A stretch of DNA of 64,000 nucleotides from the NCBI GenBank assembly GCA_037379345.1, contig CM074511.1:51156862-51220861 (forward strand), written 5' to 3'. A program made the translations under genes and the position numbers. The notes below the pieces were generated by a model. That model searched no databases and was not told where the DNA came from. It saw only the letters and a program-made list of their open reading frames with translations. This document shows positions 22,701 through 37,700 of this stretch, one piece after another. This DNA comes from Perna viridis. Taxonomy: Eukaryota. Each line of letters opens with the position of its first letter. Positions within the stretch are counted from its first letter, which is position 1.

Positions 22701-25700
22701 TTAGTACCAGTATAACTATTTATCAGAACCAGACAAGGTGAATTCATTGTATAAAAAAAACACACAAAAAAAACAGAAATGCTATGTTTTATTTTATCAA
22801 CTCAGAAATAGGAGATAAAGATTATGTTGAATTTATTTTCAAGGGGAGATAAACTAAAAAAAATGCAATAAAATTTTGCAATAAATTTCTCTCTTGTCCC
22901 AATACATTTCCAAAAACTGGCTTCACATTTTTAACAGAACCATAAGAGCATAAATTAGGAAAATAAAAACTCTGGGTTTTTTTTTTCAGTGAATTACCAT
23001 TGTTATGGGACCTGTCTGTTTTTTTTTTTAGAAACAGCTTAAATCTCCTTTTTTTCATATAGAATTAAAAGGAATAGTCCCTTTCATATATTAGAGTTAA
23101 TTTTCAGTACTATTTCATTAAGACAAGAATATTGAGTGAATCAAGTGTTAATTGGGGTGACATGCTAGATACTGTAAGGTATTATGTGGTTGTGAGTATT
23201 GGTCTAGATCACTATACATCAGCTGTTCCATGTTCAGATACAGGGGTTGGGAAGGGAAGGGGCCATAGGTAATTTGTTCCTTCTAACAGAAAATGGCCCT
23301 TTCACATAAAAGAAATTTATATGGTTTGTTAACAAATGACCAATTCAAGTTAAAGAATATCTTCCAAAAACCTGAAAATGGCCATTGGCATTTCTCAAAA
23401 TTTTCTTTCCAGCCACTGTGATATTGACAAAATATCTGTCAATAGACATCAATCTATCAATCAGTTGCAACATGTCTCAAATATTACTGAACAATTATGA
23501 TGATGATTGTTTATATCAATACAATCACAAAATCATGCTTATAGTTTAATTTTTTCCAGATGTATAATTCTCCACCATTGATACTCTTAATTTTATACAG
23601 CCATGACATGTGGTGATTTCCCTGGCCCAGGGGTCAAAGAACATAAGATACTGATGAATCCTATGAGAGAGTATATCCACAATGACCAGGATCACCTGGA
23701 AGAAATGTTTGATATGTTTAAAACAAAACATAATAGAGCATACCCAACAGTCGAGGAACATGAACAAAGAAAACATATCTTCAGACAAAATGTCAGGTAA
23801 ATTTTCAAGGCACCTGCTGTTTTCTGATATATTTATACTTTAAGGTGGGTTATTTTGGCAGGTATAAAACTTGGTGATTTTCAGACAAATAAGTTTGGCG
23901 TATGGTTAGTGGTGCACAAAGTAATTAAGCCCAAAGTAAATTTTTGGCAAAATTTATTTTGGCATTTTCAGACAGACCACCAAATGATAATTACCTGCCA
24001 TACAAGATATCATAAGAATGTCCTCTACACTGATGAATTTTTAAAATGTTTTTCTTTTAATCTGACCACAATTTGTTTTCATATTTTGCATGTTTCCGAA
24101 TACTTTCCATATAATTATTGTATTGATTATAGTTGTAGTTGTATTATTACTGAATAAAATATGTTTAAACTAAAAAAAAATTATTGTATAATGGTATCAC
24201 ACTGTTGTCATCCATAGGCTTTTCATGTCCTAAAAATAACTTGTATAAGTACATAGATATCTTTGAAGTCAGACAACGAACCATATCTTACAATGAAGGC
24301 TGGGATTGATTTTGGGGTTTTGACTTGAACCATTAAGGAATAAGGGTCTAAAAGGGGTCCATAAACAAAGCATTTTCATTATGTCCAGACAATAACTTGT
24401 CTTAATGTCTATGGAGTTCTTTGAACATGTATTTTCAGATTCCATACCACAAAAGGACGACTGGGATTGATTTTTGGAGTTGTGACTTGACCCATATTCG
24501 TATTAGGAATTAGAGGCCAAAAAAGGAGAAAACATCAATTTTCCTGTTGTCTGGATAATAACTTGACAATTAAGTGGATGAATCTGTTTGAAATTATACC
24601 ACACAGTGCCATAATCCCAAAAGCAGGCTGCGATTGAATTTTTGCGGAAAGATGCTCCTTTGATTCTGATCAATCTCTTATCATGTGTCAGATGTAATTT
24701 AGAGCTGTCGATACTTGCCCCAAATGTTCAGGGTTTGACCTCTCTGGTTGTATCAAGCTGTTCCATGTACATAATCTATAAAAAATCTTGTAAAATCTTG
24801 CCAACATCAAGGATCTCATAGTCAAGTTTGGTGACCTATGCTTTTTCAATGTAAATTCTTAAGTATGTTCTTTCAAGGTCATCTTTGAGAAAAATTAGGA
24901 GAAACTACATTAATGAATTTTAACACAAATATGGGGTCTGTTTGCAATAGTCTTTGTTATACTTCGGGAAATCCTATTACACAGTTTCTTTTAAGTCATA
25001 ATTTTGAGCATTATTTACAACTTAAAGTTAGGATTTGTCTATCATGGCACAGGAAATTTCTACTGTCAGATTACACCAGGGTTATGGAAAGTCCTCAGAT
25101 AAATCAATCAAATCTAAGTATAGCATCACACAAGAATCTTTTATGTAACTTTTACTACAAAAACTACATGTGTCTTTTTATTTACCTTTTTACATAGGCA
25201 CATTCATTCAAAGAACAGAGCAGGTTTAACTTACAAATTGGCTGTAAATCACTTAGCAGATAAATCTAGTGAAGAGCTGAAATTAATGAGAGGATTCAGA
25301 TATACCCCTGGTAACCATGGTGGTCTGCCTTTTGACAAATCTAAATATAACCTGAAGGATGTCCCTGACACTGTGGATTGGAGGTTATATGGTGGGTTTT
25401 ACTTAATAAATACTGAATATTATATGCCAAAATGTTGCCCTTGGGGTCATTTAGGGGTCACAGGACGATACATCATGTGATACAGATTTTTACACGTCAT
25501 GTCCATCACGTCATATATTTTAATTGTACTTCAAGTATGTTCCAAAATATATAGAGAGACAACAGTGTATATTTTTATCTAAATATGATATGTTGGATCA
25601 GTGGTATGTGTTACTTTATTTAACCTGACAGTTGTCTCTGATACCATGAATTGGAGGTTATGCAGTATGTGTTGGTTGATGTAAGTTATTACTAAAAGGG

Positions 25701-28700
25701 TGTTTAATTGATCATAGATCGGTGGTTTATTATTTGTGTTACTAAATTTAATCTGAAATTTTTCATTGATACCATGAATTGAATGCACATCTTCATACTT
25801 TTTGAAAAGCATAGACCACCATTTCCAATATTTTTCTTTGCATGCAAAGTACTGGTAAGTGTTACTTAACGTGACCTGACCAATACTGTAAATGTATCAA
25901 TTTTTACTATGTACTAATTTATGCTATTTTTGCAGTGGACAAACACACAGAAAAATTGTACCTACAAAATAGATTCTTTGCGCTATAAAATGCCTATGAT
26001 TGAAAAAAAATGATACTCATGAAAACATTCAGCAGAATCCATGAACATTAGCAATCAGGAAAATTAGTACATTTATTGTAGTCCTTGGGTCTTAGTATCA
26101 AACAACATTCTCATTCACAGCATAGTGACACTGTAAAACTTATATTTTAGACATTCATAATTAAGATAATGATGTATCCATCTGATCAATTCAGGCATTC
26201 AGATTTTCCTATAATTTACAAAATTTACAAAATTTGTAAAACCAACATGAATCCTTGTGAATTAAGCCACTTTTTTAAGTGATTTACAAGTGCTTTATGA
26301 TTGGTTATGACTTTACATTTTACTAAGAATGACTGTGATGCTTTCCTATTCATTGCGATTAAATACGCACAATATTGTTAAGAATATTTGTGGGTGCAAT
26401 GTGAATTCTTACAATTTGGTCCAAGTTTTTACAGATAATTAACAAATGGTAAACATTTAAATATTAAATGAGTATTTGCAAACACTTGCAGTTTTGTTGT
26501 GAGTGTTTTAAGAATGGTATCGATTTTTCAGTGGAGTTGCAATTAGTTAAATAAATTCAAGCCATTTTTCAATTGAATATTTAACATGTTTTACGAGTGA
26601 AATAATTTTATATCATACCAAAAGTTCTTACAACTTCTTTGCCCACTGAAATGACAACCTAAACCTCTTCTTCCTGGGCAAAGTATTTGTATAATATGCA
26701 ATAAAGCGATATGCGATTAAGTGGAGTCGACTGTATTTGCAAATTGTTCACTTGAATTCATGTTTGTCTGTTAATCCATTTAAAATCTACTGTAAATTAC
26801 TTGTAATCATTCGTAAATGAATTGAAATACTAATCGAGTGGTTTGCAAGCTCTTTATTAATAAAATAATCAGAAAAAGATTGGTGGACATTTGTGTAAAA
26901 ATTTTTTACTTGTTTTAGAATCCATACAAATGTCAACTGCCTACAAGTTAAATACAAATGCTTGCAAAATAATGACTTAGAATTGTTTCATTCAGAAGGA
27001 TTCATCAGAAAGATTTGTGTATGTGAAATGGGTGTAAAGTAGTACACATAGTAGAAGTCTAGTTTGTACTCAAAAACTAATATTTTAATCATTAATCACA
27101 TTATTTATTAAAGGTGCTGTCAATCCAGTTAAAGATCAAGCAGTCTGTGGATCATGTTGGAGTTTTGGAACTACTGGTACCATTGAAGGGGCATATTTCT
27201 TAAAGGTAGACACTAGCTTTGTGATCATTCATCAGTTTATCTCTTAAACTATAAATGCCACTCTAAAATTGATTAAGGATTATTTGAAGTTTAAAAGATA
27301 TAACTGTTTATATACAATACAGATATATTGACTGCACATGTGTAATCTAGACCATATGTGTTTATCTAAAAGATACAAGTATTGTCATCTCCTTCAAATT
27401 TCTATTTACTAATGATATAAACTGTGTAAAATAGATGTAAAAAGTAGGGAAATGAAATAAGATTTAAAAATTACAAGGTGTATTTAATATTCATGCTTAA
27501 AACTCATGGTTTTTGTTATATTCAAGCAATGAAGTTGGGCGTAAAATGTCCATTCATTAGTCTGTTTAGGGTCTGTCTCAACTTCTTGCCACCTGGCAAT
27601 TTTTTACCAACTTCCTCCAAACTTTGATGAATGGTTAGAAACAACAACAATAATTGTCTTGATAGTGCCCCCTTTTTTTACCAATTTCCGTCGAACTTTT
27701 GTGAATTGTTAGTGGGAAAAAAATTATGAATGGATTGATTTTTACAGAAATTGGTCAGTGTAGGGGACCATTTTTTTGGGAGGAGGACTAAGTTAAAAAT
27801 AATTTGTTTTAGGCTTCGCCTGGATAGGACCTCTACTTTTTATGAATGATTAGTAGCAATGATAACTTTGATGGGATTGATTTCACAGATATCATACATG
27901 CCTACCTTTTTGGAACTAAAAGTGGTGTGGGGGTGTGGGGGTGGGGCAAACAGCATTTTTTTATCTTGGAAGCAAAATGCTGCATCCGGGGCATATTTTG
28001 GAGGATAAAAGACACCTGATAAGGGGAGTGAAAACTTATCATTTTGTTCATAATATTTGCCCATTTCCCCGATTTTTTTTATGATTAAGAAAAATGCTGC
28101 ATCCTGCTGGACATATTTTTGAAAGAAAGCGCACCAATAAACTTTTTTTATTGGTGCATATGTATTTAAATAGCCAATGAAAAGGTCAGGGTATATACTA
28201 TATCGGACACTCCCATTTATCAAAATCCCCCAGTAAGTCGGTAGGCAGTAGAAACACCAGGTTGGCATGTATGAGGTCTGGGTTAAGGGAGACCACATTT
28301 GTTTCTCTATAGGGATTGATGTTTTTTTTAAAAGGAGTATAAATTTGTGTGCATAGGATATTGTGAGTGTGCTCACTAAGAATCTTTAGTTTACAGTAGA
28401 TAACATCAATATTAGTGCAACTTGAGCTTTCTACACATATGGTCAAGATGCTAGTGAGGCTCTTTAACCTGGATTATAGGCATATGGTCCAACCATAAAG
28501 GTGTTCATGTATGCATGTGGTCCAACCATAAGGGTGTTCATGTATGCATTTGGTCCAACCATAAAGCTGTTCATGTATGCATGTGGTCCAACCATAAAGG
28601 TGTTCATGAATTTGTCACATGGTCCAGGATGGCAGCGCCCAGAGAAATTTCTGAGCAGAACTCAAATGGTTAAATAGCCAATATATGATAGATTCAAGAG

Positions 28701-31700
28701 TACAAAAACTGATGAAAGACACATAAACAATAAAACAGTCCCTATACCTAAACAAGCTCAAAATGGAGTCTTCCAGAGTCATAAAACGGCCATCCAAACT
28801 ACAAGATTGTGTACTTGGAACTGATTTAGACAATGTAATCAAAAATAACGCTGAACACTTGAAAATTCATGACTAAATCGATGGACAAACCAACAACATA
28901 ACATTTAAGACTGACTTCATAAATTTCTGGCGATCAGGAATCATAAATTATTTTGATAAAACAGAAATAATCCAAAACACAAAACACCCCATCACTTATA
29001 ATCACAGTAACAGTAGAGGATGACCAAAACAAGAATTTTACAGTAAAATTCAATATTTACTCAAAAGGATCAGTCCTTATCCAAGGCTCAAAATGCCGTG
29101 AGTTTGAGAGCAAATATTTCAGTTCCTTGAAAGAAAAAAGAATATCTGCAACTTTCATAGATGACAAAAATGAAAACAAAAACTCTGAATCTACATTTGA
29201 CAATCAAACATCAGCAAAATCATTATTTGACGATTCTGAAGAAACCATTATTGATGAGAACGAGAACCACTTAACTGCATCTACCCCACTACCAACAAAA
29301 CAGCTGCAAAAACTCCTCAAACCACTAACACCATGAGAAAGGGTAGCATCTCATAATAATTCTTTACAAACAAAGCTTATAAATATCAACACAGTCCTGG
29401 AAACCTTTGATGCCTCTTTAGGTAGTGTGTTCAGTCTACTCAGTGATGTAAAGACAGAAATTGTCAATGTAGACACAAATGATAGACACAACAAGTTAAA
29501 CAAAACTCTCAAAGAAATCAACGATAATTCAAAGTCCCTGGAAAAGCTTGATTCGGTTCATACCGAATTAAATGTTTTTGATGGGGAAATTAATACTGTC
29601 ACATTAAATCAAGGCAACATACTATCACAACTTGATATAATACATAAAGATCTGTTGCTACTGAAAGAATCTATTGTCAATATTGAAGCTCCAAACGAAA
29701 CAGTAAATAAAATCCTTGACAGTGAAGAAACCATCTTACATACCACTATAGAAAACTTTAAAAATCAAAATCAAAGTAAAATGAAAGACACAAAACAAAG
29801 TGACATGTGATAACTTAATACTCAGTGACTCCATCTTGAGAAGAATATCCACTAAAAGGTTCTCCCTGAATGAGGTTACCCTTAGTAGATACATTAGGGG
29901 TGGGGCTGAAACTTGTACAAATTTTATCCAAAACAATGGGAACAAGTTCATTCCGAAAAAAGTTATTATTCATATTGGCTCAGTGGACATTCAAAAGAAT
30001 GGATTACAGCTGAATCAATTTAGTGAATTACTAAAGGAAGCCACAAACTGTTGGCCTGAATCAGTCATTTATGTACTACCCCTCATGAAAAGGAAAGATA
30101 ATTTATCAAATCATGTCCAAGGAGCCAATGATATCATAGCTAAAGCAACTTCAAAATTCTCAAAAGTAATTCTTATGAAAGGATTTTATCCCTCCGACAA
30201 CATGTATCATGATTGCATTCACTTAAATACTTACATTGGAAAACCGGCACTCGTACAACATATCCAAAATGAACTGAACATTAAAATGTATGATTCACTC
30301 ATGTCCAATGTCAGACATTCACAAGGGAGGGACCAGCAGTATACACATCCATCTCGAGGTAGCCCACCTATGTGGCAGAATCAGTTCCTCCATGTGATTA
30401 CAGACTAATGCCACCGTACAATCCAGCACTGCAACTTTTCAATCCTGCTATGCCACTTTATAAACCGCCAATGATGCATGGCCGACACCAAAACAACCAT
30501 GCTAGACAGAAATATCAGCCAGCATATCAATACTTATTTCCGCCAAGACAAAACATACCACCTATGCTAAATCCTATGATGTTCTTCGAACAACCCTTGG
30601 ATGTGGAGCACTCCACACAACCAGTACAACAATTGACCACAAAACTACATTAACTAATTATAGAATATCATGATACCAGATACAATAAAGTTAGTGTCAA
30701 TGTTTATGGGTTTAGTAACATAGATTTTCTCTGTACATTTGTATTTATTAATTTGTCTTATCAATAAGTATTTGTCATATTCTAATCATATTTTGTCCTA
30801 ATCAGTGTGTTTAGATACAAATTTATTTAAATCTCATTTGTGATGAAAATTGGAAAAAGTATGTCATTCTTAACTTGAAATATCCCATATTTACTATCCG
30901 ATATTTTCAAACAGTATGTTATAAATTCCCTACTTTCTTTTCTCTTCAGAATTCAATTTTTTATACCTGATTTATCCTTCTTAACCCATCAAGATATCAT
31001 TTTAACCACCCTCTTTATTCACTCTTCATATATATCATTGTTTGTAATGGCAGTAGAATGTATCCCCCCATACGCCTACTCAATTATGAATGTCTAGTCG
31101 TAAACAAACTTGTATGTTTACTTTTAACATGTATTAACTGTTATTATTATGGGTTTAGTAACACAGATTCTTTGTTCTGTATTTGTTAATTGTCTTATCA
31201 ATAAGTGACTGTTTTATGTAAACATATTTTGTCCTAATCAATGCATTTGGATACAGATTTATTTACATCTCATTTGCGGTGAAATTTGGTAAAAAAATGT
31301 GTCATTATGATATGATCCTATATCTGATTATAAAAGCTTGAAATATCCCATATTTCAAAACAGTATGTTTTAAATTCCCTAATTTCCGAAGTTTCTTTTT
31401 TTTTCTTTCTTCAGAAATTATTTTTTATACTAGAGTTATCCTTCTTGACCTATCAAGATATCATTTTAACTTCCCTCTCTATTCATTTTTTTCTCCCCCC
31501 TCTTGGTAAATATAAATGTTTATAATGGCAGTAGAATGTATCCTCCTACTTCTACTCATTTGTGAATGTCTAGCCATAAACAAACTTGTGTGTTTACTTT
31601 TAACATGTATTAACTGCAATTATAATACATGGTAATGTTTAGAAAATTCTAAAATCTTAATGAGAAAAAAAAGCTTCCTTCAAATATTAAAATATGCATA

Positions 31701-34700
31701 AGTACTCAAATCAACCATGCTATTGGACTATTGAATATTATATGAATATGTCTAAAATGTCTTATAAAACACAGGAAATCTTAACATTGCCATGTGGAAT
31801 GTCAATGGTTTTACCAATGATAAATCTGTCAATGCAGAATTTTTAAATGCAATTTCAAATGTTCATATTTTAAGATAAGTTGAAACATGGGGCAGTGGCG
31901 ACAACCCTGATATTGAAATTTATGGATATAATTTAGTTTCTAAGAAAATCAGGAAAAAACACACAAAATACAGGCGTTACTCTGGTGGAATTCCATTTAT
32001 GTTAAATGTTATATTAGTAAAGGTATATCCCAATTGCGATCTTTTGATAGCGATATTGTTTGGATTAAACTTCACAAATCATTCTTTAATTTAGAAAAAG
32101 ATACTTTTTTAGGCATTATGTATTTTTCACCTGAAAACTCATCTCGGTCTCACCAAGATTTGGAAGAATTATATTCCAAACTTCTCAATGATATTGTGAA
32201 ATATAGTTCACAAGGTGATATAATTATTCAAAGCGGTTTTAATGCCTACGCTAATACTAACCATGACTTCGTTTTTAACAATGATACTGAATATCCAAAC
32301 CCTGACGATCAAAACTACTTTTTAGATAGTCCTACTCCTAGAAATAATATGGATACTAAACCATTAAACAAGAGTGGTAAATTATTGATTAACCTCTGTA
32401 AAGAAACCAGCTTTAAGATAGTAAATGGTCACAAAATTGGCAACACATTAGAAAAATATACATTTAACACATACAATGGATGTAGCTTAGTAGACTACAC
32501 CCTTATTTCAAGAAATATTTTTTCTGAAGTTTGTAAATTTGAAGTCAAAGACTTAACTACTATTTCTGATCATTGCTTAATAAATTGTAACTTACTTACT
32601 TGTTTTCAAAACAAAACAAACAAAAATATTTTAATAGATCCTTCCCCAGGAAGGTATATCTGGAACAAGGAAGCAATTGAAAAGTACAAAACCTGTGTTA
32701 AAAGTGACCAAATAAAAAATAAAATTCAAATTTTACTCTCAGACAAGTCTGCACGATGCTGCATCAATGTCTGCTCAATTCTTCAAAGGAAAACAACAAA
32801 GTAAGAAAAATAAAACTAAACGAAAAGAATGGTTTTCTGACTCAAATCATGATGTAAGGAATACAGTAAAAAACTATCTTTCCCTGGTTAATAAATTCCC
32901 AAATAATGGATCGTACCTTCAAAAGTATTACTCTTATCTTTCCAAGTACAGGAGAAGTTGTAAAAGTGAAGAGAAAAAATACAAGACAAAAATTTGCCAG
33001 GATTTATGCTCTAACATGGATAATGATCCAAAAACATTTTGGTCATTGATAAACAAAATAAACTGTCGTGCAAAGAATGATTTATTGATTTCTTTGAAAA
33101 TATCAATAAACATTCTGATAATATTCCCAATAATAACTTCCATGCTTCAATATCAAATAAGTTAACTAATATAATCAAAACCTTAAATAATAAAAAAAAA
33201 CATTTATATGAACACTCATTCAGTAAAGATGAAATAATGATAGCAGTAAAAACTCTTAAAAATGGAAAGTCGACAGCAAGTGATCTCATATCAAATGAGC
33301 CCCATGCAGGTCCGGGTGACAAAAGAATAGGCCTGCAGCTGCGCTAAACTTGTTGTAAAAGGCAACTAAATAGTGCACAGAAACCTAGCCGGCGGCTAGG
33401 CGCTCTGCCCACAGAGCAACTGGGTTGTGTGCCCTAGGTGGTAGAATGGATTAACCCTGCCGTGTTATATGCTGGGGGTGTCAGGCTATAATACGGAAAA
33501 CCTGACCGCAAACTATAGTGGTGCACTGTGTTGGGAAAGATGCCACATTCCTCGCATATTAAAGAACCCTGTTGTGGTATTCGATAGGAATAGGAACCTT
33601 TGCACTCCGCCACAGGAGGCTATATTGCCCGACCCTACCCATCCCTCTCTTTTTCTGGTGACAATCTGAATTTGTCGACCCTATTGCCATTGGGTCCCAA
33701 AAATATTGAATGAAAGCTACATTTCACTCATCCATAAGAAAGGGGACAAATCCAATCTATCAAATTACAGAGAAATTTCTCTGACATCCAATCTAGGTAA
33801 ACTCTTAACAAAATTTTATTGGCCAGAATAATGACATTTATTAATGCTAACAAATTAATCCATAACAATCAAATTGGATTCAAAGAAAAATCAAGAACAA
33901 CAGATCATCTTTTTACATTAAGAACAATTGTTGAAAAATATAAATCAAATAATAAAAAGTATATGCAGCTTTCATAGACTTAAGAAAGGCCTTAGATGCT
34001 GTTTGGAGAGAAGGCCTGTTTTATAAATTATGGAAAAATAATTTCCCTTCTCAAATGTGTAAAATTATTCTTTCAGTGTATCAAGAATCTTCTTGTAGAT
34101 TGAAGTTCAAACAAGGTTTAAGTAGGAAAATTGTGTCAAAATGTAGAGTCAAGCAAGGAGATGTTCTTAGCCCCTTCTTTTTAATTTATATATAAATGAT
34201 TTAATTTCAAATCTTATTGAAGGCGAGGTTGATCCTGTCATTATTAAAAATATCTCAATTAACTCACTACTATACGTGGATGACATCATATTATTATCTA
34301 GTAATCAAACTGGTCTTCAAAAATCATTGAATATTTTGTACAATTTTTGTGAATCATGGAAGCTAGAGGTCAACCAACAAAAATCTAATATTATGATACA
34401 TGTATTCAATTCAAATGGAAAAACTCATCTTAATAGTTTTAAACTTAATGATAACACTTTAGAAACTGTAAAAACATATTGCTGTCTCGGTTTAACAATT
34501 AAATATACAGGCAATTTTAACATCTCTTCTCCGATATTAATGGAGAAAGGTCGCAAGACATGGTTTAAGATTCAAAAACTCTATAGGATTGAACAATCCA
34601 TGCTCTATGCTAGAAAAACTATTTGATATGCTTATAAGCTCAATTATTCTATATGGCTGTGAAATTTGGGGAACCAATTGTAATTTCAAAAATAGTGAAC

Positions 34701-37700
34701 CATTTGAACATCTCCACTTAAAATTTATAAAAGAAATCCTTGGTGTTCACAGCAAGGCAACACATTCTGCATGCCTAGAAGAACTAAAAAGACAACCTCT
34801 CATAGTCAAAATTATGGTTCAAGTTATTAAATTCTGGGAACACATTATTAACTCCAATAACACCCTTGTAAATGAAATATATAAAAATATTCCACAAAAT
34901 AATAAATGGTTAAAAACAGTTCACAATTGGATAAAAGAACTTGGTTTTAATTACATTTTAACTGATACAGATCTACTTAAACATAATGTAAAACAAATAA
35001 AGCAAAGAATCATTGATCAAAGTATTCAAAATCAACTCTGTACATTGAGAGATAATAACAAACTTCTGTTTTTTAATAAAAATCTATAAGGTTAACAAAA
35101 AAACATCTTGTGTTGATACATGTAAATACAAATCAGACAGATCTATAATTTGCAAATACCAAATTGGTACCCACTCTCTTTCAATGGAGAGAGGACGATA
35201 CAAAAACATTCCAGCTAATGAACACATTTGCAAATCATGTCACTTAAATCAAATTGAACATGAAACCCATTTCTTCATACACTGTCCCGCCTACATTAAC
35301 TATAGAAATGATTTAATAACTAAAATTTAAAAAAATATAAACCACTTCAACTCACTTACAGAAAACAACATAAGTTTGATTTTTAACTCCCAACTCCCAA
35401 TAATCAAGGCAACAATTGATTATATCAACAACTGCCTAGCTTCCATTCAAAGTATAACATTATAATTTTCTGGTTGGTCACCGTCATCCACAACATTATA
35501 CATGTAAATGATAGCAATGTTTTATTTATACTAATGTATGGGCATTATGTTATTATTGTGTCATGACCATGTAATGAAAATGTGTTTGAACAATAAATAA
35601 TTTGAATTTGAATTTGTATGCATTTGGTCCAACCATAAAAGTGTTCATGTATGCATATGGTTCAATCATGAAGGTGTTCATGTATTCATATGGACCTGGA
35701 AAATAACAATAGTATTTTATGAGGACAAAAATAATTAACAGTTTCAAAACATTACATAAATGATCTTTCTATAGAAAAGAATATATATATTTTAGGTAGA
35801 TTTCCAAGTGATTAGGCTTAAAAAGTTGTTTTAATAATCTTCAAAATACTAATGAGCCATTCACTAATATTCTTCTTTAAAAATTTCTCATTTTAAAAAA
35901 TGGGACATTTTCAGCTTGAATGTAATAGATGGTGCATGGTCCCCTTTCATTCTAATTGCTACACTTAAGTTAGTTTATTCATTTAGACAGGTAACTTGGT
36001 AAGACTGTCCCAGCAGGAGTTAATGGACTGCTCCTGGGGAGAGGGCAATAATGCATGTGATGGGGGAGAGGATTTCAGGGCCTACCAGTATATCATGAAG
36101 AATGGTGGTTTAGCTACAGAGGAGGCATATGGTCCTTATCTTGGTCAGGTGATTATCATGTTTTAATGCTACATCTTTTAGGTTATTATTTTAAGCTTAA
36201 ATTGTAGATATTTAAATATAGATAAGTAATGAATAGCAATTTTCTCTTGGCAAACTCAATTTTGAGTGAACAAAAGAAGAAAGAAATCCTATACAAATTT
36301 TCAATAGTTTGGTAATGTTATTATTTTCGTTAGGATGGACAGTGCAGAAAGGACAAGGTAAAACCCCTTGTGAAGTTACAGAGTTTTGTCAATGTTACAC
36401 AGTATGACCAACAAGCCTTGAAGCTTGCCATAGCCAAAGAAGGACCAATATCTGTAGGCATTGATGCTTCACATTTATCTCTATCATTTTATGCCAATGG
36501 TGTCTACTACGAACCTAAATGTGGTAAGTGCTTAGAAGCCCTTGAATAATTGCTTTGGTTGTAGGTTTTGAAGTTGTTTATTTTTGGTCAGATGACCTTG
36601 GGTTATAAATATAGTAAATATTCATCACAAGGACTGCCCCTTTTGGGGAGGACAGTGTCATGATGTGAAAGCCAGTGGCCATTGGGGTGAATAATATTTA
36701 TTCAATTTAATATGATTTGAAAGTTATTTCATTTTTTCACTTAAAATATGTCAGTTCTTCGTTTTGCTTTTCAGATATTTTTCACAGCACTTTAAACAGT
36801 GGTAGGGGCTAGGGTCAAATTTAGCACATTTTCACATTTTATGTAAACAAGCCATGGAAATGGCCAAAAAATTACACATGACCCTATGTTTTGAAAATTG
36901 CAAAAGCTAACTATGTATATGAACCTTTTAAGAGTAATACAGAAAACTTCTTGATTTCTAAAGGTTAATTCATGAAGGGTATAACTTAAAACATGGGTTT
37001 GCATTCTAAGCAATAGGAGTATTTTACTGATGGCAGTGATACTCTTGGACCCAGCTAACCCAATGACACATACATAATTAACCCATGATAAAGGTTATGA
37101 GTGGAGAAAATCATATATTCTGTATCATTTTTGAAGATTACAAAGATTGAACACATTTTTAAATAAATTCATTTTGGCCTAACTAAAAATGTATTTGTTT
37201 GGTGTTCCCCTACTCAGTCAAAAAGAAGACTCCAACTAAGAAAAATGAATTAGCTTTTATTTTGTTTTCTCCATGGATTAAATCTCTTGTAATCATAAAT
37301 AGTAATATTTTAGAGATTGTAAGTGGTTTTAGGTATCTGTCTATAAGATAAAACTTTTAGTGCTGCGGACAGGTATCAAAAAGTGCCTTAGTTTTCGAGT
37401 TTAATGGGCCTAGAGGGTGTATGGCTATAGCATATGTCAATGGAAAGATAAATCAATGTAGTTTTTGAATGGAAATTTCAAAGTTCTTTGAACAATTTCA
37501 TTCTACGTCAAACTTTTAATCACAACCAAATTAATGTTACGTCGATATTTGCCCAAGCTATTCAGAGTTCAGCAACTGGGTTGTATCAAGCTGTGTCATA
37601 GGAAGCATTTTATTATATTATACAATGTACTGAGGTGGGGCAGGGATTATTTTGAAAAAAAAATATTCAAAATTTGAGCCAAAAAAATTGTTTTACAGTC

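Larger units (their letters stand above)
28609..35616 (+). mobile_element. Full-length, decayed RTE-X-like non-LTR retrotransposon (ORF1 with SGNH esterase; ORF2 APE-RT) in cathepsin intron 7
   Basis: 5' ..CAGGATGGCAGCGCCC. ORF1 pieces with coiled coil and SGNH motifs ([22 protein letters not shown]). ORF2 pieces: APE ([19 protein letters not shown]), RT ([28 protein letters not shown]) and a C-terminal ERGRY..C..C..E.ETHF..C motif. AATAAA then (TTTGAA)n tail. Many frameshifts and stops. Clade assignment is from recalled architecture. Confidence 0.85.

Noticed and set aside
27840-28446. 178-aa and 82-aa minus-strand ORFs in cathepsin intron 7
   Set aside because: No recognisable domain; they overlap an internally repetitive non-coding element (aaaatgctgcatcc twice).
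28481-28608. 33-bp repeats resembling a CRISPR array (also the 37-bp and 50-bp arrays)
   Set aside because: Head-to-tail units with no unique spacers, no cas genes, and a eukaryotic context.
33469-33669. Similar 66-aa and 98-aa ORFs at 33469 and 60830 suggesting a small gene family
   Set aside because: Both lie inside copies of the same SINE; the similarity is at nucleotide level and the upstream frames differ.
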